DNA of 64,000 bases, taken from the NCBI GenBank assembly GCA_963822965.1, contig CAWGJT010000012.1, positions 256,001 through 320,000 of the forward strand, read 5' to 3'. This DNA comes from an uncultured delta proteobacterium. Its GTDB lineage: Bacteria > Myxococcota_A > UBA9160 > UBA4427. The translations under genes were made by a program, and so were the position numbers. Within the stretch, counting starts at the first letter, position 1, and every line of letters starts with the position of its first letter. Under the pieces are notes generated by a model. The model had not been told where the DNA came from. It worked only from the letters and a program-made list of their open reading frames with translations, and searched no databases. Below, in pieces: positions 57,648-64,000 of this stretch.

Positions 57648-59978
57648 GTGAGCCGACTCACGCGCTGGTCGCTGCAGCATCCGTTCTCGACGTTCGCGCT
57701 CCTCGTGCTGCTGTCGGGCTTCGCGGTGGGCGGCCTCGCCCGCCTCTCGACGGACGTGGGCTACCGGGCCTTCCTCGGCACGCACCATCCGAGCATCCGG
57801 CGCTTCGACGCCTTCCTCGACCGCTACGACGGCGGGCTGCCCCTGGTGGCCGTCTGGAGCTGCGACGAGAGCGCGGCCTGCGAGAACGCGCTCGACGACG
57901 CCTCCCTGCGCATGGCGGCGGACGTGACGGCCCGGCTCGCGGCGAGCCCCGCGGTGCGACACGTGGCGAGCCCCGCCACCAGCCCCGTGATCGTGCCCGC
58001 GCCCGGGGGCCCCGTGTCGCGCACGCTGACGGAGGACGGCGTCCCCGCGTCGGATCACGAGGCGCTGGGCCGACTCGCCCTGCAGGACCCGACGTGGCTG
58101 CGCCAGCTCGTCTCGGACGACGGGCACGTCGGCGCGATCGTCGCGCAGCTCGATTCGTCCGCCAGCGACACCGCGCGCGAGGCCTACACGGCGCTCGACC
58201 GGGCGCTCGCCCCCCACGAGGCAGCGGGCTTCGTCTTCCAGCGCGTCGGCGGGCCGGTGGAGTTCGTGGTGGCGGGCGGTGAGCTCGAGGACGCCACCGC
58301 CCGCATGGTGCCCGTGATGGTGGTGCTCGTGGGCGGCACGCTGCTGCTGCTGTTCCGCTCCCTGGGAGCCGCCGCCGCCGCCCTGGTGACCGTGGGCGCG
58401 GCGGTGCTCTGGTCCATGGGGCTGCACGGTTGGCTCGCCTGGCCCCAGAACAGTCTCAGCCAGGCCCTGCCCCCGCTGCTGCTCGTGATCGGCGTGTGCG
58501 ATGCCATCCACCTGGTCTCCCACTACGCGGACGAGGCTCCTGCGGACCGCACCACCACCCCGGACGACCGGCGCGCGCTGCTCGTCGCGCTCGCCGCGGA
58601 CGTGGGCCCGCCCTGCGTGATGACCTCCCTCACCACCGCCGCGGGATTCGCATCGTTCGCGACCAGCGACCTCGAGAGCTTCGTGCGCTTCGGGCTCATC
58701 GCCGCCTTCGGCGTGATGGCCGCGTTGTTGCTCACCTTCACGCTGCTTCCCCTGCTGCTCGTCCGGCTGGCCCCCGAGAAGCTGCGCACCCGCAGCCTGT
58801 CGGAACGCTGGGACCGGGCGCTGGGACACCTGGTCGACACGGCGGTGGCCCATTCCGGCTCGATCCTCGTCGTCTCGGCGCTGGTCCTCGCGATCTTCGG
58901 CGTCGGTGTCCTGCGCCTGCGGGTGGATGCGAGCTTCGAGGAGCTCTACGGGCAGGACAGCCGGGTGGTGCGCTGGGCGCACTTCGTGTCCGACCATCTC
59001 TCGCGGCCCGACCGCCTGGAGCTCGACATCGCCCTGCCCGACTCGGCGGAGCTCGAGAGCCCGGCCACGCTCGAGGTGCTGGACGCGCTCGACGCTCGGC
59101 TCGCAGCGGTCGAAGGCCTGGGTCCGGTGCACTCGCTCGCCGATCCGCTGGCCAGCCTGCGGCGGGCCATGCCCCTGCCACCGGGCGCAACGACCCCGGA
59201 GGCCCGAAGCGCGCTCGATCGCGAGCTCTTCCGGCGGGCCTCGGGAGACGGCGACCCCGCCCACTCCGACGCCCTGGCGCCCTGGGTGGATCGCCGGGAT
59301 CGGCGCGTGCGGATCTCGGTGGAGTCGGACAAGAGCCCCCAGGACGAGATGCGGCGGGTGATGGACTGGCTGAACGGCGAGTTCGCGGGCGACCTGCCCG
59401 AGGGCTGGAGCCTGATCGTGACGGGACCCTACGCGGTGGTCCACGACATGGTGGAGGCGATACGAGACACGCAGCTGCGTAGCTTCGCGGGCGCGGCGCT
59501 CACGGTCTTCGTGATGGTCTCCCTCTTCCTGCGCTCGTTCCGGTGGGGGCTGCTGGTGCTGATTCCGACCGTGCTGCCGGTCGTGGTCACCCTGGGCACG
59601 ATGGGCTGGCTGGGGCGACCCCTGGACGTCGGCAGCTCGATGGTGGCCGCGGTGGTGCTGGGCATCGCGGTGGACGACGCGATCCACATCCTCGACCGGC
59701 TGCGCCGCCAGCGGCAGGCCGGCGCCACCCGCGCCCTGGCGGTCCACGACGGCGTGCGCCGGGTGGGACGGGCGGTGGCCACCACCTCGTTCGCGCTGGC
59801 GCTGGGCTTCGGCGCTCTCGCCCTCTCGCCCTGGCAGAGCATCGCCAGCTTCGGGCTGCTGTCGGCGGTCGCCATCCTCGGCGCCCTGGTCGCGGACCTG
59901 CTGGTCCTGCCCGCCTTCTTCCTGCGGCTGGGAGGAAGCCCGGCCCGAACCGCCACGGAGGTCTCCGCCGGCCGCTGA
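57648..59978 (+). CDS. MMPL/RND family transporter
   Basis: LLLVIGVCDAIH, MTSLTTAAGFAS, LGIAVDDAIH, LVADLLVLPA. Start may lie upstream at 57541. Confidence 0.9.
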   Translation: MSRLTRWSLQHPFSTFALLVLLSGFAVGGLARLSTDVGYRAFLGTHHPSIRRFDAFLDRYDGGLPLVAVWSCDESAACENALDDASLRMAADVTARLAASPAVRHVASPATSPVIVPAPGGPVSRTLTEDGVPASDHEALGRLALQDPTWLRQLVSDDGHVGAIVAQLDSSASDTAREAYTALDRALAPHEAAGFVFQRVGGPVEFVVAGGELEDATARMVPVMVVLVGGTLLLLFRSLGAAAAALVTVGAAVLWSMGLHGWLAWPQNSLSQALPPLLLVIGVCDAIHLVSHYADEAPADRTTTPDDRRALLVALAADVGPPCVMTSLTTAAGFASFATSDLESFVRFGLIAAFGVMAALLLTFTLLPLLLVRLAPEKLRTRSLSERWDRALGHLVDTAVAHSGSILVVSALVLAIFGVGVLRLRVDASFEELYGQDSRVVRWAHFVSDHLSRPDRLELDIALPDSAELESPATLEVLDALDARLAAVEGLGPVHSLADPLASLRRAMPLPPGATTPEARSALDRELFRRASGDGDPAHSDALAPWVDRRDRRVRISVESDKSPQDEMRRVMDWLNGEFAGDLPEGWSLIVTGPYAVVHDMVEAIRDTQLRSFAGAALTVFVMVSLFLRSFRWGLLVLIPTVLPVVVTLGTMGWLGRPLDVGSSMVAAVVLGIAVDDAIHILDRLRRQRQAGATRALAVHDGVRRVGRAVATTSFALALGFGALALSPWQSIASFGLLSAVAILGALVADLLVLPAFFLRLGGSPARTATEVSAGR

Positions 59979-60020
59979 GGCGGGGCGTTCGCAAGGCGCG
60001 ATGCGGGGAGGGCCCCTACC

Positions 60021-60464
60021 TCACCAGCGCGCCTCGAGCGGCAGCTGCAGCACGGCCGCAGCATCCGGAGATGCGTTGGATCGAAGCCAGGTCCGCACCT
60101 CGGCGGGCAGCTGCGAGCGGTCGCAGGGGGCGAATCCCTGGGCGGCCAGGAACTCCGACGCCTCCCGCGTCTCGCTCACGCTGAAGAGGTCCCGAAGGCC
60201 GAGCTCGTGGCAGCGCGAGAGCAGGCTCCGCACGAGGGAGGCACCGATCCCCTGGCGCCTGCGGTCGGGGGCGACGATCACGGTTCGCAGCACCCCGTAG
60301 CGGGCGACGACCTCGACCGAGACGGCCCCGAGCACGACACCGCGTTCGAGGGCGACGAGGGTGTTCGCGAGCGGAAGGCTCGAGGGCAGCGGCGCAAGCC
60401 CTTCGGCGGCGAGCAGGCTGCGGACCTGCGCCAGGTCCTGCGATGCGGCTCTTCGGGGTTCCAT
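60021..60464 (-). CDS. GNAT N-acetyltransferase (ArgA/ArsN2-like)
   Basis: GVLRTVIVAPDRRRQGIGASLV, FLAAQGF. Confidence 0.85.
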   Translation of the reverse strand: MEPRRAASQDLAQVRSLLAAEGLAPLPSSLPLANTLVALERGVVLGAVSVEVVARYGVLRTVIVAPDRRRQGIGASLVRSLLSRCHELGLRDLFSVSETREASEFLAAQGFAPCDRSQLPAEVRTWLRSNASPDAAAVLQLPLEARW

Positions 60465-60522
60465 GCGTCCTCGTTTCGCCCGGATTCGTACCCGCCCGGA
60501 CCCGTGCCCGGCTCGGGGCGGC

Positions 60523-62034
60523 TCAGACGCGCCGGAGGGTTCGCCCGGCGCGCGCTCCAGTGTGACGTCCTTCGCGGACGGTCGCGATGCCGTTCACGAA
60601 CACGTGCGCGATCCCGCGCGGCGCGTGCTTCGGGTCCTCGTAGCTGCCAACGTCGAGGATGGACGCGGGATCGAAGACGACGAGGTCGGCGAACGCGCCT
60701 GCCTCCACCCGCCCCCGGCCCGCCAGGCCGAACTTGCGCGCGGGCAGCCCGGTCATCCGGTGGACCGCCTCCGCCATGGGCAGCACGCCCAGGTCGCGTG
60801 CATAGCGACCCAGAACCCTTGCGAAGGTGCCGTAGAGGCGTGGGTGCGGCCGGCCTTCGAGGCTGGGAATTCCGTCCGATCCGATCATCGTGCTCGGGTG
60901 CGCCATCACGGTGCGGACGTCGTCCTCCGACATGGAGTGCATGACGATGGTGGCCATCGGCTCCTGCGCAAGCAGGCGCTCCGCCGCCTCCTGGGCGGGA
61001 AGCGCCCATTCCGCCACGAACGTAGCGACGCTGCGCCCCTCCCACTCCGGATGGCTCTCGGTGGACGCGATCACCACGTCCGCGGGATCGACGGCCGGGA
61101 CGCCGCGAGCCGCACCGGGCCCGGCGCGGCGTCCGCGGAAGCCGTCGTTCTGGGCGATGGCGGCGAGGACGGTGCTGCCCGCCGTGTAGGGGTACTGGTC
61201 CGCGTGCACGTCCAGGCCGCGCGCCCGGGCCGCCTCGATGCGCTCCAGCGAGCGGGTGACGAGCCCCCAGTTCGCTCGCCCCGAGGCCTTGTGATGGGAA
61301 ATCTGCACGGGGACGCCGGCGCGTTCGCCGATCTCGATCGCCTCGTCGACGGCTTCCAGCAGGCGCTCGGCCTCGTTGCGCATGTGGGTGGCGTAGAGCG
61401 CGCCCGTGTCCCGCATCGCGGCGGCGAGGTCGACGATCTCGTCCGTACCGGCGTGACGGCCCGGCTCGTAGATGAGCCCCGTCGAGAGCCCGAGGGCCCC
61501 GGCGGCGAGTCCTTCCTCGAGCGTCTCGCGCATGGTGCTCGCCTCGCGCGCGTCCGGAGCGCGCCGCGCGCCGCCCATCGCCGCCATCCGCACCGTGCCG
61601 TGCCCGACGAGCGCCCCGACGTTCACGGCCGGAGGCTCGGCGTCGAGCTTTTCGAGGTAGCCCCGGTAGCCCTGCCACTCGGGAAGCCGGCTCCTCGGAT
61701 GGAAGGCGCGCGCCAGGATCACCGCCTGGGCGTGGGGTGCGGCGCCCATGCCGCAGTTACCCACCACGCAGGTGGTGACGCCGCCCTCCACCTTGAACGC
61801 CATGTCGGGATGCAGGAGCGTCGCGAAGTCGTCGTGGGTGTGGACGTCGATGAACCCGGGGGCGATCGCGAGGCCCGAGGCGTCGATCTCCACGTGGGCC
61901 GCACGGTCCGTGGCGCCGACCGCGGCGATGCGGTCTCCGGCGATCGCCACGTCCGCAGGGAAGGCGTCCGCGCCGGATCCGTCGTAGACCCGCGCGCCCC
62001 GGATCCGCACGTCGTAACGCGCCGTCTCGGACAC
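60523..62034 (-). CDS. N-acyl-D-amino-acid deacylase (amidohydrolase)
   Basis: APGFIDVHTHDD, VVGNCG, GLSTGLIYEPG, THMRNE, ISHHK, DQYPY, IGSDG, HPRLYGTF. Confidence 0.93.
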   Translation of the reverse strand: MSETARYDVRIRGARVYDGSGADAFPADVAIAGDRIAAVGATDRAAHVEIDASGLAIAPGFIDVHTHDDFATLLHPDMAFKVEGGVTTCVVGNCGMGAAPHAQAVILARAFHPRSRLPEWQGYRGYLEKLDAEPPAVNVGALVGHGTVRMAAMGGARRAPDAREASTMRETLEEGLAAGALGLSTGLIYEPGRHAGTDEIVDLAAAMRDTGALYATHMRNEAERLLEAVDEAIEIGERAGVPVQISHHKASGRANWGLVTRSLERIEAARARGLDVHADQYPYTAGSTVLAAIAQNDGFRGRRAGPGAARGVPAVDPADVVIASTESHPEWEGRSVATFVAEWALPAQEAAERLLAQEPMATIVMHSMSEDDVRTVMAHPSTMIGSDGIPSLEGRPHPRLYGTFARVLGRYARDLGVLPMAEAVHRMTGLPARKFGLAGRGRVEAGAFADLVVFDPASILDVGSYEDPKHAPRGIAHVFVNGIATVREGRHTGARAGRTLRRV

Positions 62035-62208
62035 GAGACGAGTCTAGCCCCAATGCCGACCCAGGACTTCGTCTCGGGTCCCGCTCCTGGCCCGGAGCAG
62101 ACGGGCGCCACGCCGGGAAGTGGCGCCTGCCGTCCCGGGCCGACCAACCGGGAGGACCTGCTACGCTGCGCGGGTCCGCCCCGACACCCGGTCCCGCCGG
62201 AGTCGACG

Positions 62209-64000
62209 ATGACGCGAGCCTGGCGTCTCTTCCGTTGCGGACTTCTCGGCATGCTCGTCGCAGGACCGGTAGCTGCCACGGCCTTCATCTCCGAGATCCA
62301 CTCTCCTTACGGCCCGCCGAGCGACGCGGCGCTCGGATCGGAGCCCGTAGCCGCCACGCCCTTCATTGCCGAGATCCACTCTCCTTACGGCCCGCAGAGC
62401 GACGCGGTGCTCGGATCGGGGCCCGTAGCCGCCACGGCCTTCATCGCCGAGATCCGCTCTCCTTACGGCCCGCAGAGCGACGCGGCGCTCGGATCGGAGC
62501 CCGTAGCCGCCACGCCCTTCATCGCCGAGATCCGCTCTCCTTACGGCCCGCAGAGCGACGCGGCGCTCGGCTCGGGGCCCGTAGCCGCCACGGCCTTCAT
62601 CGCCGAGATCCGCTCTCCTTACGGCCCGCCGAGCGACGCGGCGCTCGGATCGGAGCCCGTAGCCGCCACGCCCTTCATTGCCGAGATCCACTCTCCTTAC
62701 GGCCCGCAGAGCGACGCGGTGCTCGGCTCGGGGCCCGTAGCCGCCACGCCCTTCATTGCCGAGATCCACTCTCCTTACGGCCCGCAGAGCGACGCGGTGC
62801 TCGGCTCGGGGCCCGTAGCCGCCACGCCCTTCATTGCCGAGATCCACTCTCCTTACGGCCCGCAGAGCGACGCGGTGCTCGGCTCGGGGCCCGTAGCCGC
62901 CACGCCCTTCATTGCCGAGATCCACTATGACGACATCGGCGGGGATTCGGGGGAGGGCATCGAGATCGTCGGGGAGGCCGGCTTCGACCTCGGCGGGTGG
63001 CGCTTGGTGCTCTACAACGGCGCCACGGGCGCGCCCTATGCGAGCGTCGCGCTGGCGGCACGCCTCCCGGACGAGGGCCTGGGCTACGGGGCCCTCGCCG
63101 TGCTGCTCCCCACGAACGGCCTGCAGAACGGGCCGGACGGCATCGCGCTCGTCGACCCCGCGCTGGGGGTCGTCGAGCTCCTCAGCTACGAGGGCTCCTT
63201 CGCGGCGACGAGCGGGCCTGCCGCCGGTCTCGTGAGTCGGGACATCGGCGTGCGCGAGGGCCCGGACACGCCGGAAGGCACGTCGCTGCAGCGCGGCGGA
63301 GCCAGCCTGCAGGAAGACACCCGGGTGTGGCTGCCCCGACAGCCCGAGAGCTTCGGCGCCATCAACGAAGCCCAGAGCCTGGGGGCTGCGTGGGCTTTCG
63401 TGCCGATCGCCGCGCTGCAGGGGGCCGGCCATCGCTCTCCCTGGAGCGGTCACGGCGTGCGAACCCGGGGTGTGGTGACCGTCGTCGCGGGGGACGGCTT
63501 CTACCTCCAGGATCCCGTGGGCGACGGGGCACCGGAGACCTCGGAGGCGCTGTTCGCGGCGACGACCTCTCCGCCGGACCTGCTCCCGGGAGACGTGCTC
63601 ACGGTGAGCGGCGTGCCCCTCGAGCTCGAGCCGGGCAACGGCGGCGACGGCGACGGCGAGCTCTCGACGACGATCCTGGCCCTGTCCCGGATCGACGAGG
63701 TCGTCGCGGTGGGGAGCGCTCTGCCCGCACCGGTCCTCGTGGGTGCAGGCGGCCGCACGCCTCCCGCCCGGGTGATCGACGACGACGCGCTCACCCGCTT
63801 CGAGCCGGAACGGGACGGCATCGACTTCTGGGAGAGCCTCGAGGGCATGCGCGCGGTGCTGGCCGACGCGGTCAGTGTGTCCGCGACCAACTTCTTCGAC
63901 GAGACCTTCGCGGTGGCGGACCGCGGCGCGAGCGGGCTCGGCGTGCGCGGTGCGCTCGTCGGCTCGCCGGACGACGCCAACCCCGAGCGCATCCGAATCT
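62209..64000 (+). CDS. secreted lamin-tail-domain + OB-fold endonuclease/exonuclease/phosphatase-type (ExeM/NucH-like) protein, 5' part
   Basis: Manual translation, open to the window edge: signal MTRAWRLFRCGLLGMLVAGPVAA; after the repeats FIAEIHYDDIGGDSGEGIEI...WRLVLYNG...GLQNGPDGIAL...LSYEG (LTD); PIAALQG..HRSP..RGVVT..GFYLQD..TSEALF; DGIDFWESLEGM; DANPERI. Confidence 0.85.
   Translation, partial: MTRAWRLFRCGLLGMLVAGPVAATAFISEIHSPYGPPSDAALGSEPVAATPFIAEIHSPYGPQSDAVLGSGPVAATAFIAEIRSPYGPQSDAALGSEPVAATPFIAEIRSPYGPQSDAALGSGPVAATAFIAEIRSPYGPPSDAALGSEPVAATPFIAEIHSPYGPQSDAVLGSGPVAATPFIAEIHSPYGPQSDAVLGSGPVAATPFIAEIHSPYGPQSDAVLGSGPVAATPFIAEIHYDDIGGDSGEGIEIVGEAGFDLGGWRLVLYNGATGAPYASVALAARLPDEGLGYGALAVLLPTNGLQNGPDGIALVDPALGVVELLSYEGSFAATSGPAAGLVSRDIGVREGPDTPEGTSLQRGGASLQEDTRVWLPRQPESFGAINEAQSLGAAWAFVPIAALQGAGHRSPWSGHGVRTRGVVTVVAGDGFYLQDPVGDGAPETSEALFAATTSPPDLLPGDVLTVSGVPLELEPGNGGDGDGELSTTILALSRIDEVVAVGSALPAPVLVGAGGRTPPARVIDDDALTRFEPERDGIDFWESLEGMRAVLADAVSVSATNFFDETFAVADRGASGLGVRGALVGSPDDANPERIRI
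62266..62925 (+). repeat. in-frame 78-bp (26-aa) tandem repeat, 8 full units plus a 36-bp partial unit
   Basis: Units start at 62266, 62344, 62422, 62500, 62578, 62656, 62734, 62812 and 62890. Peptide PVAAT(A/P)FI(S/A)EI(H/R)SPYGP(P/Q)SDA(A/V)LGS(E/G). Confidence 0.97.

Noticed and set aside
62161..63453. ORF-track entries 62161..63453 (-) and 62235..62930 (+), and a CRISPR reading of the 78-bp array
   Set aside because: These are alternative frames of the repeat. The frame from 62209 has a signal peptide and lamin-tail motifs. The units have no unique spacers.

Overview
Very GC-rich bacterial chromosomal segment, densely coding (about 55 genes). The gene content is compatible with a Myxococcota/deltaproteobacterial genome, but that assignment is inference only. 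Recognisable genes: psd (partial), gcvR-like, panE, fabF, pabB, bolA, hsp20, an E. coli-type frdABCD operon, aguB/aguA, mtgA, rnr, three CaiB/BaiF CoA-transferases, acyl-CoA dehydrogenases, two MMPL/RND transporters, a PHP metallohydrolase and a partial secreted lamin-tail/ExeM-like nuclease. I found no rRNA, tRNA, CRISPR array or transposase. Most notable observations: (1) an in-frame 78-bp x 8.5 array in the nuclease gene that repeats its predicted signal-peptide cleavage site and first lamin-tail strand; (2) a 5 x 70-bp structured non-coding array at 31.7-32.1 kb, plus related palindromic elements elsewhere; (3) a cupredoxin-like/porin/cupredoxin operon converging on a HAMP-PAS-GGDEF-EAL gene; (4) apparently catalytically degenerate proteins (Zn-ribbon pseudo-NucS, PAS pseudo-kinase); (5) an atypical kinase-receiver-membrane protein operon; (6) up to five places where one missing base in a G/C run would break a gene, most likely consensus error, although the C9 tract at the start of the MMPL gene could be phase-variable.
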